A stretch of 64,000 nt of DNA from Novakomyces olei (taxonomy: Eukaryota), in NCBI GenBank assembly GCA_016906335.1, contig JADEYG010000004.1:62001-126000 (forward strand), given 5' to 3'. This document shows positions 42,030 through 54,151 of the stretch, piece after piece. Position 1 is the first letter of the stretch; the number at the start of each line of letters is the position of its first letter. The notes beneath the pieces are model-generated. The model did not search any database. It worked only from the letters and a program-made list of their open reading frames with translations, and was not told the DNA's origin. Position numbers and translations under genes: made by a program.

Positions 42030-43671
42030 CTAACACGGCCGTAGATCGGGAAAGCACCGGCGCGAATGCAGATCGATCTGATAAGAATAGATAGCAGAGT
42101 CAGAGGCAACAAAAACGTGTGATCCCTTTGGCGACCAGCAGCATCCAGCAACGTCGTCCACAGGAGACCCGACAGGCAAAATGCACTCGCTCTCAAAGTC
42201 TCGAGTATCCATCAAATGAGCCTGTCCCAATCCCTCTGACCAGAGCAAAAGATCAACCGGCCCAGCTGCTCGAGGAGCGAAATGGCAGGAACGGACAGCG
42301 CTTTGCAGTGACCCGCCTTCCCCGTCTGTTCGCCTGACAAAAATAGGGCTCTGCAGTTTTCGTACGTCCCAAATACTGAGGGCAGACCGTTCATGGGCCA
42401 CAGCAAAAAGCCTGTCTGTGGCGGAGAAAGACGTATGGAAGCAAGAGTCGTTCTTGCAGCCATCGCTGTCAGCGTTAACGACAGCCCGGCGCTCAAATCT
42501 GCACAAATCCGCTCCAGCGCTGTCGACAGACTCCACATAGATCTGATTAGTATCGCCCACTGCCACCAGCGTCTTGCCATCGTGGCTGAAGCTGGCATGG
42601 TTCATGGGCCGACTGTACTTTTGCTCGTACTGCTTTTCATGCTGGTCCAAGTTGTATATGCGCACCGTCTCATCGTTGTTGCAGAGCACAGCTTGCCTTT
42701 TCCCTGTGCGAGGGCTTTTCCAGAGGGACACTCCGTTCGTTATCAGTCCCCCTAGTTTGTGCTCGTACCTGGTATTGAGCTGAGCCTGGGCAGCGGTAGT
42801 AGAAGGCTCACTGCTCCCAGTCTCATAGTAGGAAATGAGGCCATTGCTAGGGCCGCCAACGACAACGTAGCCGTAGTCAACAGCGAGGCAACGAGGGCCA
42901 AAGGAAAAGTCTCGACCGCTGCCTGCAACGGGCTCCATGTACCCGTCATTTATGCACTTGACCGAGTTGTCCACCACATAGTAAAGCGACCGCCGGTCCT
43001 GACTAGCCTCAAGGGGCATGCATATTAAATCTTTGAGCTGGTAGTGGCTAAACGTTAGCAAGAGACAGACAGACAGGCCAAGTTTCGTAATAGAGCAAGC
43101 AGGCAAGCAGGCAATCATACAAGGACTAGAGAAAAGTAATACAGTACAGACGAGAGGTCAAGTATAGCTCAAGTGTAGGTCAAGTGTAGGCCAAGTCTGT
43201 ACACGTTTCCACCATACAGGTTCTGGAAGGAGCATCGAAAGTAGGGAAAAGTAATATTGGTAGTGTGCCAAACAAGGTGGTGCAAGTGTGAGCAAAGATG
43301 TCGAACGAATGAAAAAACTTGGCGGCTTTTGAATAAAGTAACAATAAGAAAGAAAATTAAAATCATAAAAGCAAATCCATAAGGCAAATCCATAAAGCGA
43401 ATCCATAATAAAAAACAAAACAACAAAACAACAAAATCAAAAACCAAACCCAAACCAAAACCAAGCGTCAACGAGGGCAGTTGAGCCACGAGTCAAAAAG
43501 GAGCAGGACTTACTGAACAGTGACGCGCACATTCGTACACGCAGGCCCCGGAACAGCGAGAGTCTCTTGTAACGTCGAGCTGGAAAAGAACTGTCAGCTA
43601 TTAAAAACACGAGGAAAATGTAAGTCTTACTCAGCGACCGCCACTGGCATCTGCCGTGCGAGGCGGGTCAT
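42030..43671 (-). CDS. WD40 protein, DUF2415/YLR149C-like
   Basis: VTVHHYQLKDLI, LCNNDETVRIY, MNHASFSHDGKTLVAVGD, IWDVR; introns 43580-43630 and 43048-43513. Confidence 0.85.
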
Positions 43672-43791
43672 GTGGGGTTGAGTACTTGTGCGGTTGTGTA
43701 ATGCGCCTATGATGTATACGATAGTGTGATTGTGTACGAGATTCTCCCACGGGGCCCGTCGCTATTTCATGAAGGTTACTACTGTACTGCG

Positions 43792-43792
<1 letters not shown>

Positions 43793-43857
<65 letters not shown>
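43793..43857. repeat. (TAA)n microsatellite in divergent promoter
   Basis: About 21 units. Confidence 0.95.
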
Positions 43858-43858
<1 letters not shown>

Positions 43859-44341
43859 CCTATTTATCTCTTTTAGGCAGTCTAGGCAGGGTTTTCTCCG
43901 GGCTAGCCGGCTCAAGAACGTCACAGAAACTCGTATTATATAGAATTAAAAAAAAAATTTGTACAGAGTATAAGAGATCGGCCGTTCGCCAGTACAAATA
44001 CCACTGACGACTCTTGTTCAGCAAAGTATACAGAGTCAGCGCAACACCGCTATTGCTGTTGTTTTAAAGAATCGTAAGTCACACTGGCATATTTACGAGA
44101 CGACACAAGTCGAGACTTGACAAGTCAAGTCTCGATTCGTTCTGTTCATTTCTTCATTTCTTCATGTCTTCTTTTTTTTTCATTTCTTCATTTCATTTCA
44201 TTTCATTTCTTCTTCTTTCCTTCTTTCCCCTTCCTTTGTCTGCTCTGTCTATTAGCTTCCACTCTCTTCCACATCCATCTACAAACCAAATACTGCTCTA
44301 TTTAACACATTTCATCCGCGACTCTTCTAACTCGGCAGATC

Positions 44342-46378
44342 ATGATTGCGCGTATGCTACGTCCTTCTACGCTGAACTGCGCAGCAACGGCGGCCAAACG
44401 GCCGTCCCCTTTCCGCAGTGCGGCTGCTAAATCAGCAGCGCCTGTTTTCTCACGGTTCGCAGGTGCCGCCCGGTTCAACAGCGGCAATGCGGGTCAGCAG
44501 AAAGTCAAAGGCCACGTTATCGGCATCGATCTGGGAACGACAAACTCGTGTGTCTCTGTAATGGAGGGCCAACAGGCTCGGGTTATAGAGAACGCTGAGG
44601 GCGCGCGTACCACGCCCTCCGTAGTCGCCTTTACAAAGGAAGGCGAGCGTCTTGTCGGTGTCAGTGCAAAGCGCCAGGCTGTCGTTAACCCAGAGAATAC
44701 GCTTTTTGCTACTAAGCGCCTGATTGGCCGCAAGTTTGATGAGCCTGAAGTCCAGCGGGACATTAACAATGTGCCGTACAAGATCGTAAAGCACTCTAAC
44801 GGCGATGCTTGGCTGGAAGCGAGAGGCAAATCGTACTCTCCGTCTCAGATTGGCGGCTTTGTCCTGCAGAAAATGAAGGAGACCGCTGAGGGTTACCTCG
44901 GCACTGCCGTTAAAAACGCAGTAGTTACTGTCCCCGCTTACTTTAACGATTCCCAGCGTCAGGCGACCAAAGACGCTGGCCAGATTGCCGGCCTTGACGT
45001 TTTGCGTGTAGTTAATGAGCCCACTGCTGCTGCTCTGGCTTATGGCCTTGAGCGCCAGAACGATGCGACTATCGCCGTCTTTGACTTGGGCGGTGGTACC
45101 TTTGATATCTCCATCCTCGAGCTGAACGGTGGTGTCTTTGAGGTCAAATCGACGAACGGCGATACGCACCTCGGAGGCGAAGACTTTGATATTGCCCTCG
45201 TGCGCCAGATTGTAGAGCAGTTCAAAAAAGACGAGGGCATTGACCTGTCCAAGGACCGTATGGCCATCCAGCGTATCCGCGAGGCAGCAGAGAAGGCCAA
45301 GACTGAGCTGTCGTCCACTCTGACGACAGAGATCAATCTGCCCTTCATCACTGGCGGAGCAGACGGCCCCAAGCATATAAACCAAAAGATAACCCGTTCC
45401 CAGTTTGAGACGCTGGTGGGCTCTCTCATCCGCCGCACAGAAGACCCCTGCCGAAAGGCTCTCAAGGACGCCGGCATCAACAAGTCAGAGGTCCATGACG
45501 TCATTCTCGTAGGCGGAATGACGCGTATGCCTAAAGTCGTAGAGTCTGTCCGCAGCCTCTTTGGCCGTGAGCCGGCAAAGAGCGTAAACCCGGACGAGGC
45601 AGTAGCTATCGGCGCCGCTATCCAAGGCGGAGTCCTTGCCGGCAATGTAACTAACCTTGTACTGCTCGATGTGACCCCACTGTCCATCGGCATAGAGACT
45701 TTGGGCGGAGTGTTTACCCGCCTGATCAACCGTAATACCACCATCCCGACTCGCAAATCACAAATCTTCTCTACCGCTGCTGCTGGCCAAACTGCCGTTG
45801 ATGTACGTGTCTTCCAGGGCGAACGTGAGCTCGTCAAGGACAACAAGCTGCTGGGCAATTTCCAGCTGACTGGTATCCCCCCACAGCCACGTGGAGCCCC
45901 TCAAATCGAGGTCAGTTTTGATATTGATGCTGATGGCATTGTCAACGTTACCGCCAAGGACAAGGCTACAAACAAGGACCAGTCCATCACCATCTCTGCC
46001 GGCTCTGGGCTGAGCGAGTCTGAGATTGAGGCTATGGTCAAGGACGCAGAGGCCAACCGTGCTGCAGACGAGAAGCGCAAGGAGGCAGTTGAGGCAGCTA
46101 ACCGTGCCTACTCTGTTGCCGGTGATGTTGAGGACTCTGTCAACGAACACGCAGCCAACCTCGACAAGGCTCAAGTAGATGTTGTCCGTGAGAAGATTAG
46201 TGCCCTCCGTGATCTGGTGACAAAGGCTCAGCAGGGCGAAGAGGTTCCTGCCGAGACGTTCACCTCTGAGATTGATACTCTGACCCGCGAGTCTGGCAAA
46301 CTGTTTGAGCAGCTCAACAAGAAGGGCAGCGAGGGCGAGAAGCCGGCTGAGGGCCAGGAGGGCGAGAAGAAGGAGTAG
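44342..46378 (+). CDS. SSC1: mitochondrial Hsp70
   Basis: Presequence, [16 protein letters not shown] (DnaK/mitochondrial signature), strong codon bias, intronless. Confidence 0.97.
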   Translation: MIARMLRPSTLNCAATAAKRPSPFRSAAAKSAAPVFSRFAGAARFNSGNAGQQKVKGHVIGIDLGTTNSCVSVMEGQQARVIENAEGARTTPSVVAFTKEGERLVGVSAKRQAVVNPENTLFATKRLIGRKFDEPEVQRDINNVPYKIVKHSNGDAWLEARGKSYSPSQIGGFVLQKMKETAEGYLGTAVKNAVVTVPAYFNDSQRQATKDAGQIAGLDVLRVVNEPTAAALAYGLERQNDATIAVFDLGGGTFDISILELNGGVFEVKSTNGDTHLGGEDFDIALVRQIVEQFKKDEGIDLSKDRMAIQRIREAAEKAKTELSSTLTTEINLPFITGGADGPKHINQKITRSQFETLVGSLIRRTEDPCRKALKDAGINKSEVHDVILVGGMTRMPKVVESVRSLFGREPAKSVNPDEAVAIGAAIQGGVLAGNVTNLVLLDVTPLSIGIETLGGVFTRLINRNTTIPTRKSQIFSTAAAGQTAVDVRVFQGERELVKDNKLLGNFQLTGIPPQPRGAPQIEVSFDIDADGIVNVTAKDKATNKDQSITISAGSGLSESEIEAMVKDAEANRAADEKRKEAVEAANRAYSVAGDVEDSVNEHAANLDKAQVDVVREKISALRDLVTKAQQGEEVPAETFTSEIDTLTRESGKLFEQLNKKGSEGEKPAEGQEGEKKE

Positions 46379-47169
46379 AGGGGGACGACAGGTGCTATAA
46401 GCTGGCTTGTTTTGTTCTTTTTCCTTCCCTTCTTTTTATTCGTCTCCAATCAAAATTACCTTGCCCTGCGCCTCCAAGTCTAGCTGTTGAACAGGTCTGG
46501 CGTGTATGCCCGACCGACCCCTTTTAGACGACGAAGCCAGCAAGGGCAAAAAGAGACCTGAAACAATTACGATGAAAAGAAAAACCCAAACTTTGTTTTA
46601 ATTCACTTTAATACCACCAGGGCAGTAGGAGGAGCAGCTGGCAAGGCAATCCAACTGCCTTGCTTGATCCTTTCTTTTTGTCGTTAGAAATGATGTTTTT
46701 TGATTTCTGTTTTGTTTATGACTTTTGAACAGACGAAAAGATCTTCGATTTTGCGCGAATCCATTGGCATGAACAGATTTGATTTTTATTGTGTTTTGTA
46801 CTGGTTTTAATTCACCACATTTCTCATGGACAGTGGAGCGAGATTTCGCAATCACGTTTGTAGGTAAAACGCATAAAGAACTCGCCCGGAATGTCTAGCA
46901 TTAGATGTAATTATTCTCGAATAAATATTGCCATTATTATACTAGTATACTTTGCCCCGTCGTCCCGTACTATTGCTCTCGTTGTCCTTGTTGTAATCGA
47001 TTTAATTTATATTTCTTTCTATTCGACGCCGATTGTTGTTGATGGCCAGTAATCGAGTACTCGTAAGCTTTTACAAAACAGAAAATATTACAAAACAAAA
47101 AGAATTACAAAATAAAAAGAAGCATAGTATCAACAGGGTTTAACGTTCCGTCTTGCCCTTTGCCAATCT

Positions 47170-48054
47170 TTATTCCTTTTCTTGCTCTCGAAGTCTCGAG
47201 GCCAGCATTTGAGCTTCCTGTACCATATCCGCCATCGTCCGGGGCTGACGATGGGCATCATCAACACGCGGAAAAGGAACAAATCCTTCTGGTCGCGAAG
47301 TCTGGTCTTGCTGGTTTTCATTGTGAGATAATTGCAAATCGGCTTTCAACCGAGCTTCGTTTTCCTCCAATACTGGATAAATGTCGTCATTGTTGGCAAA
47401 ATCATTGGATTTCCGGGGGATAATATGTACTGATTTTAGAATTATTTTCATCTTGACATTTAATTAAATTTTAAAATTAAAAATTAAAAATTAGAGCAAA
47501 TTAAAATAAAACAAAACCGATCATTGTTTATAGCTTTACTCATACCATGAAGATGGGGAACGCTTTGCCCGGCTACAGGTCCGTCCTGAATCGCGATATT
47601 TGCGCCTTGAGCTTTAAAGACTGAAAGCACGAGCCTTTGGACGCGTTGGACGCTTCGGAACAGACAGGTTATCTGTATTGATTAGAAAACGGCCAATTGA
47701 AAGAATAAAAGCGGCAGGCGCCTAAAGACCACAAGAGTTGCAAAGATGTAGATAAGGTAGAGCTGTAATGCTTTTTACAAAGACCAGATTGAAGGGGAAA
47801 AATGGTAAAATTAAACGAATTGCAAATGGGCTCAGACTTGAAGCACCTCTTCGTCATGTAAATCTTGTAGGCTCTGCACCACACGATACGGGCACACAAG
47901 CACGTGTCCAGGCACGATTGGTTTCAAATTGACCAGCGCAAACGAGTACTGGTATCGATTAATAATGGCAATACTTTTATTCTACCTTGGCTTGGTAAAA
48001 CACTTGCTTTGTAACATCGAACGAGCCGAATTTTATGATATCTCGAGTCGGCAT
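47170..48054 (-). CDS. HNT2: Fhit-family dinucleoside polyphosphate hydrolase (Hnt2/Aph1)
   Basis: ALVNLKPIVPGHVLV, IQDGPVAGQSVPHLHVHIIPR histidine triad; introns 47949-47985, 47673-47846, 47430-47545; mostly missed by the ORF track. Confidence 0.93.
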
Positions 48055-48087
48055 CGTACCGGGTGCTGAAGACACGAGATTGACAAC

Positions 48088-48125
<38 letters not shown>

Positions 48126-48513
48126 TTTATTTTTATTATAACTAATGTTATTAATGTTGTAACCCTTACACCTATTATTCTACGAGATTTAGTTCGTCCA
48201 TTTCGTACAAAAAATCCTACGAAAACACATATTCTAAAGTCACGCTCGACGGAACAGTATCATATTACCCGCTATTGCTTAAGCCCTAGAAAAATACAAA
48301 ACGATGAAGGAGATCGAGAAAAAAAATAGAATAGTAATGGTGAATAAACTAATAATTGGAAAAAATTAAAAAAAAGAACTAGACAAACTGCAAATAAAAC
48401 AGACTAAATCAAATTAAAGAGATTGCTCCATTGGGTATCATTATGGCTTTGCGCCCAAAGCATGTACCAGCTTTGTTTCCAGAATAATTTATCCTTCTCC
48501 CATCCCCCGCGAA

Positions 48514-51366
48514 CTACTTGCTTTGGATCGTTGCAGCGGTAAAATACGACGGCTGGTCGGCTCTGCAAACCTCCGACAACCCGGAAGCCGTGTTTTCCGG
48601 AGGAATACCCTGTCCAGCTGTTAATTGTGAAGTATTCTTAATATATTCAGACGCAGTTTCATCCGGTGTAGTCAGTTTCCCAGCTGCGGGTGCCGAAGTT
48701 GCGCCCAATGCCAAATTTTCTTTGCTTCTTTCATCGGTGACTGTTGCTGCAGATGACGGCAACGACAGTGAGGCAGACTCGTTGACGCCTGACAGCGACG
48801 GAGTGCATACAGAGGGTGTTAATGGTTTGCCGTTCCCAGTACCCTCTGACCTCTGCTTCCGATACTCACTCAGACTCATCTTTTTCACGACTTTAGGGGA
48901 CGCACCAGCGTTTAAATACGAGTTATTGCTGTTGCTGTTGCTACAGGAAAGGTCAACGGATTTGGGCGTCTGCAAGTGAGGATGCTGTTGAGCGCTGTCA
49001 TGCTCAAAGGCAGGCAATGAAGAAAGGTAGAGCTTCTCGTCTTTTTGCGCCACACTGTTGTTCACAGTAGACCGAGGTCCAGTGGGAGACTTCCAGCTTG
49101 ATCCGTTAAAGGAACCAGCGGCAGGCTGGGTCTTGTAATCAGCCGTATCTTCATTTGCCTTGCCCGTAGAATAAATCGACATTGGGGTCGGGTACCGCTC
49201 CAGTGTTGTGTCTGAATCATCAATGGCCCATACATCTGATTTTGATTTCTCTCCAGATTTATCCAGAGTCCATTTACCAGTACTCTTTTCGTTGGGAGTC
49301 TCGCTGCCTTTTTCACTAGGATTTTCGCTGCTCGACTCTCGGCGTTTAGTGTGTTCTGCGCCAGTCACTGTTGGCTTCAAGCGAGTATCGGCATCTGATC
49401 CAAAGAGCGATACCGGTTGCATTGATTCAACAGCGTCGCTGGCGCGTCGACTCTCTGCCGAAAAGGTAGGCTGACGGGCCAAAACAGAACGAGATTCGTC
49501 TGCCGCTGAAAGCACTGCTTTTTCTTCCAGACAGGTACTTTTTAGAGCCGTCTCTTCTAGAGCCGTCTTCTCTGGAGCCAAGTCTTTGCTGCTGTCCACG
49601 GCAGACTCGAGCTTCAACGACACAGTGTCATTTTGTTGCAGCTCCACTCCCTCTTTTTGCCTGCTCTCTTCCTCTTGAGCTTTGGCCAGCAAGTAAGCTT
49701 CTGCCCACTGTCGTTTAAGAGCAAATAAATCGTCAAATGGCTCGAGCTTTACCATCTTTCTGAGCTTCTTGCTGGCCTTGTTGTAGGCCGGCGAGCGTAC
49801 CGACCCTAACGCACCAGCCGACTTGTTTGATTTCTCTAAAGGCTCTTCTGATCCAAAGCGGCCAAAAGACGCTTGCGGGGAAAGACTCCGGCTACTTGCT
49901 TGTGATCGAGTCCTTTCTGACTCTGATTGATGATTGTGCGTTTGCTGCTTTCGTTTCCTCTTTCTGCCTCCACCAGAATCATGTTCTAGTCGTTCAATCC
50001 GCGCGATTGCCTCCTTCATTTTGCGATCTTCTCTAGAAGAATGATGAAACATCTCGGCTGGCGGGGAAACGCTCTCCATCTGCTGCCTTTTCGCCGGCTG
50101 AGTCGTCTCTGCTCCATTGCTCTCATCGTCCGTCTCGTCTGTTTCGTAATAGTAACCCTTCGTTGTGGATCTCGACCTCGGCTTTGTCGTTGCGGCAGGA
50201 GGCAACGCTCGTTTTATTATACCGTTCAAGCGGGCAAAGATGCACTCACTTTGCCGATCACAAACGCAATCCGTGTTTGCAAGGGTAACACTATTAATCT
50301 CGGAGATGGCAGCTCGAGCTTTGCCATCCAGCTCAGCGGCCTCAGCAGATTTGCTTACATCAACCAGTCGCGCCGGGTGCATATTATCAAACTGCCAACC
50401 AATCGTCAGCTCACTCCCAGCTTTAACGTCAGAGTGAAGGGCGAGAACGAAATGGGGTTTGCCGTCATTGGTGAAGGACATTGTTTGCAGGTGGACACTG
50501 GGCGCACAACTTCTTCGGATATAGCGACTCTCTGACCCATATTCCCGGGCATCAATACACACGTCCACATCAGAATCGAAAAACACAAAGGCCTTGGGAA
50601 CTCCCATGCTGGCATACTGATTGGTCGGGTTGGCCTTGTACTCTGACTGCAATCCAACTCGGCCTTTGATCTCCTGGACAAAAGTACCCGCTTCTAAATC
50701 CTTCAAGGCAAACAGCCCAAACTTGCTGGCGCCCAGAGCAGAGGCGCTAACAGGCCGCACCGCTACTGCGCTTTTAGCCAGCATCGATTCCGTAATCATC
50801 GGCAGCTCGGATTTATGTTGGCTCAGGCATTTTAATGCCGTATTGGAAATCCGCGACGAGTCAATGCTAATATACTCACCAGCGTAAGCAGCGTCTTCTG
50901 TTTCCGTATCACTGTCCTCCGCTACGCCTTCATCGCCGTCGTTGAGGAGTCCCGTGTCCGTATTTGTTCTTGATCCTCTAGAGTGAGATCCTCGGGAAGG
51001 AGGCTTAGGACGGGCAGCAGAGGCAGAGCCAGAGCCTGGGCCAGCGGCTGCTTTGTGGCCTAAATCATTAGGCGCAGAGTGCGGCCGGCTTCTACTTCCG
51101 CGAGAGGTTGATGGAGGCCGGCGTCTCCGCACGAGTAGAGCATCTGCCTCTTGAGCTTTTCTTTTAGACTGTAGCTCGTTCGCCTTTTCTGCGTCCAGCG
51201 GCCTCGGCGCACAAGCATCACACAGATACTCGTCGGGCACGTGGGCAGGATCGATGCCTACACATAGCGCATGCTGCCATATATCGCACTTTTCACACTG
51301 TATAGTGAATCCATCGTCATCGTCGTAGCGGCAAATACATCTGATACTCCACGAAAGATCCGACAT
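48514..51366 (-). CDS. SET3: PHD + pseudo-SET domain protein
   Basis: IRCIC..DDGFTIQCEKCDIWQHALC PHD; SET with YIRRSCAPS and GSELTIGW; first in-frame ATG at 51366. Confidence 0.92.
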   Translation of the reverse strand: MSDLSWSIRCICRYDDDDGFTIQCEKCDIWQHALCVGIDPAHVPDEYLCDACAPRPLDAEKANELQSKRKAQEADALLVRRRRPPSTSRGSRSRPHSAPNDLGHKAAAGPGSGSASAARPKPPSRGSHSRGSRTNTDTGLLNDGDEGVAEDSDTETEDAAYAGEYISIDSSRISNTALKCLSQHKSELPMITESMLAKSAVAVRPVSASALGASKFGLFALKDLEAGTFVQEIKGRVGLQSEYKANPTNQYASMGVPKAFVFFDSDVDVCIDAREYGSESRYIRRSCAPSVHLQTMSFTNDGKPHFVLALHSDVKAGSELTIGWQFDNMHPARLVDVSKSAEAAELDGKARAAISEINSVTLANTDCVCDRQSECIFARLNGIIKRALPPAATTKPRSRSTTKGYYYETDETDDESNGAETTQPAKRQQMESVSPPAEMFHHSSREDRKMKEAIARIERLEHDSGGGRKRKRKQQTHNHQSESERTRSQASSRSLSPQASFGRFGSEEPLEKSNKSAGALGSVRSPAYNKASKKLRKMVKLEPFDDLFALKRQWAEAYLLAKAQEEESRQKEGVELQQNDTVSLKLESAVDSSKDLAPEKTALEETALKSTCLEEKAVLSAADESRSVLARQPTFSAESRRASDAVESMQPVSLFGSDADTRLKPTVTGAEHTKRRESSSENPSEKGSETPNEKSTGKWTLDKSGEKSKSDVWAIDDSDTTLERYPTPMSIYSTGKANEDTADYKTQPAAGSFNGSSWKSPTGPRSTVNNSVAQKDEKLYLSSLPAFEHDSAQQHPHLQTPKSVDLSCSNSNSNNSYLNAGASPKVVKKMSLSEYRKQRSEGTGNGKPLTPSVCTPSLSGVNESASLSLPSSAATVTDERSKENLALGATSAPAAGKLTTPDETASEYIKNTSQLTAGQGIPPENTASGLSEVCRADQPSYFTAATIQSK

Positions 51367-52215
51367 TGAAAGGTTACCAACCCGTGCCTCTTTTGATCCT
51401 CTCCGGTCAAAAGCTGCAGGGTTCGTAGAAGACTCAGGCTCAAGTTCGTGTGGTTCTCTGTACGCCAATCATGCGGCCGGTTCTTTGTCCTTGTACGCTC
51501 GACGATCAGAATCGGCTTGCAAAATTTTGTATATTGTGGCTATATGTATATATATATATATTATATATATATAGATTTTTATATTTGCTATCTTTATACT
51601 ATATACTTGTAACCTTTGATAAAACTGTTCGATAAGATGTTCATACCTTGGATAATTGGATATATATCTGCTTTTTAGGCTCTATAAAAATAGGAAATTT
51701 GCTGCTGCCTTCGAGAATCAAGTTGCGAGAAATTTTACAGTTTTGTGCTTACGTTTAAAGAGCTTTTGGCGGTAGCTGCCGCTGCGACTTGGCTTCGAGA
51801 CCCAGGGAGCAAAAATTTTTTATGCTCCATTCCGTTCTTTATAGTCTGTTTGAACATGATAAGAGTCTGCGGGTTCGATTCTGGGAATTGCCCGCTTGTC
51901 TATTACGCAGAACCGCAGAACTATGGCTGGCTAATATTACTTGCACGCTGATGTGTAAAAGCACCCAGAAAACCCTGGATAATATCTCGATAATAATATC
52001 TGAATAAATCTGGATAATTATGGCTGCCGTATAAATTAAACGCCCCCGATTTATTAATATAATTTCGATGAATTCAAAATCTAAACGAAACAATAATACA
52101 AATGTAGCTCATACTTCATTTCCAAAAAAATACATTAATTAATACGACAAACCTTGAACTTTTAGACAAACGTACCAGAAATCAGATCGCATGGCTGAGC
52201 TCTGTGTCCTGACAC

Positions 52216-53663
52216 TTATGTCGATTGCTTTATAGCGCTGTAAACTAATGATTCTACATGAGCCCATAACTGAAGAACTTGCGCATCAGCAAATGGCAAT
52301 ATTTGCGTGCTGACAAGTCCAGCAACTCCGGATTCTCGATCGCACCACCACCACATATTGCACAAACCGGCCCAGTGAGCAGTGCTAGTAGATCTGCCCG
52401 TGGCACTGCTGTTGGCCAGCATAAAAGTAAGGCCCCAGCCTTGTGGAACTCCTTTCTGAACGGGATAAAGCTCGCTCACCAAATTTGTCAATTCAGGCTT
52501 GGCATCGTCCAGTGGAACTCGTGCAAAGTCAGGAAACTCGGGTATCTGGTTCTTGAACATTTCATCCACCGTGTCCTTCTGCAGTATTCTCGTCTTTGTC
52601 TTTGGGCACGTACCGTCATTAAGCAATACGGACAAAAGGCCTTTTATTTAGCATTTGAAAAAGCTGAAACAAAAGGGACAAAGTGCCCAGTTAATTGCAA
52701 CGACAAAAGAATGCGTAAAATATAAAGCAAAGCCCAAAATTTACTTACGACTATAATCCCTTGGTTGAGAGTAAAGCCCAGCACCGCCGCTGTTGAAAAA
52801 TTTATTGCCTTCTCCACTCGAATACATCAGGGGTGCATGGTTCAAATGGTTTCGAGGAGCCAATGCGCCATCAGGCCGACGATAGTGCATGTAAGCCAGA
52901 CGTCTTTTCAAATCGTCCGTTGGTAGCATATTAATCTCTTTAAGGCCAAGAGGCTCAAAGATGTGTTTGATCATGTAATCGTTCAAGGTCAGACCCGTTG
53001 CGCGCTCCACAGCTAAACCAGCCCAATCGATACCCACCTAGACTTAATTAGTACTCTGGGAAAGCTCAGTCAAATACTATGCTAATGTAACGGCGACTGG
53101 GCTTGACAATAAACATATTAAAGATAGCTTACCCCATAAAGCCAACTTTCTCCCGGTTGAAACAGCAAAGGCTGAGTCAATATATCCGCAGACAGTCCAG
53201 AAAACTCATTGTACCCAACAGGCAGACTATAATCGCGCAAACGCTCGTTGAAAAAAGTGTATCCGAACCCTGCTGTATGGGTCAAAAGCATGCGCAATGT
53301 AATTCCCCGTACTTGGTCTGCCAATGTCTTCCCGTCTGGCTGAAGAACTTTAATTTTTTTAAGCTCCGGCAGATAATGGTCAAGTGCCGTTGCATCGTCA
53401 AGTGCAAGTATGCCTTTTTCTACAAGCTGCATACACGCAATTCCTGTCACCATTTTGGTGCAAGAAGCTAGCCAAAAGACGTGATCGATTTGCATCGCCT
53501 CATCCGATATCAAACCCCTTTTGCCTGCTGCATGCGAAAATAGTTCATTGCCATCACGGTCTACTACTACTACAGCGGCACCAGGAATCCCGCTGGCCGT
53601 ATTGGCACACGACTCCTCTACTGTCTGCTCCAACTGCTTTTTGGCCTCTGCCGTCAGCTTCAT
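52216..53663 (-). CDS. beta-lactamase/class C esterase-family serine hydrolase (LovD-like)
   Basis: SCTK (SxxK), LLTHTAG, PLLFQPGESWLYG|VGIDW, HWAG; introns 53038-53132 and 52641-52748. Confidence 0.92.
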
Positions 53664-54151
53664 TGTGTATTGCTGCTTTGTGGACGCGGATCGAAGGAAC
53701 AGGTTTCGTTTACCCCACAATACCCCACATCGCGTATATTGTTTATCATAATATATTCAAATCGAACCTATCAAGTCTATTGATAACAGGGTTAACAGCT
53801 AACCCTTATAAAATCTGGAGTAATTATTAGTACCGCACAATAACTAACCCTAAACCTCGGTATAGAATAATTTATAGACGATTTCTTAAAGTATAGTCGG
53901 TATTCATGTGACTCTTAATAATTTGATTACATGTGACAGCCACGATGTTTGTGATAAATATAATTGTAAGAAACCTTGCCATTCCAATGAACCAACTACT
54001 CGCCGAACGATATTAGATTAATTTCACTGCCGTTTTACACGACTCTTGTGGCAGTCGAATTCTTTCTGAACTTCATCTCAAAGACAAAACTAAAAAACAT
54101 TAGAAAAATGCTAAAGTTCGAGTCAAGCTTCAAACTGCAATTTAACCAAAC

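Noticed and set aside
44450-46174. Long antisense ORFs over SSC1
   Set aside because: Well-known shadow frames of codon-biased Hsp70 genes
51860-51900. GGTTCGATT tRNA T-loop/B-box look-alike
   Set aside because: The flanks do not form a T stem and I could not build a cloverleaf
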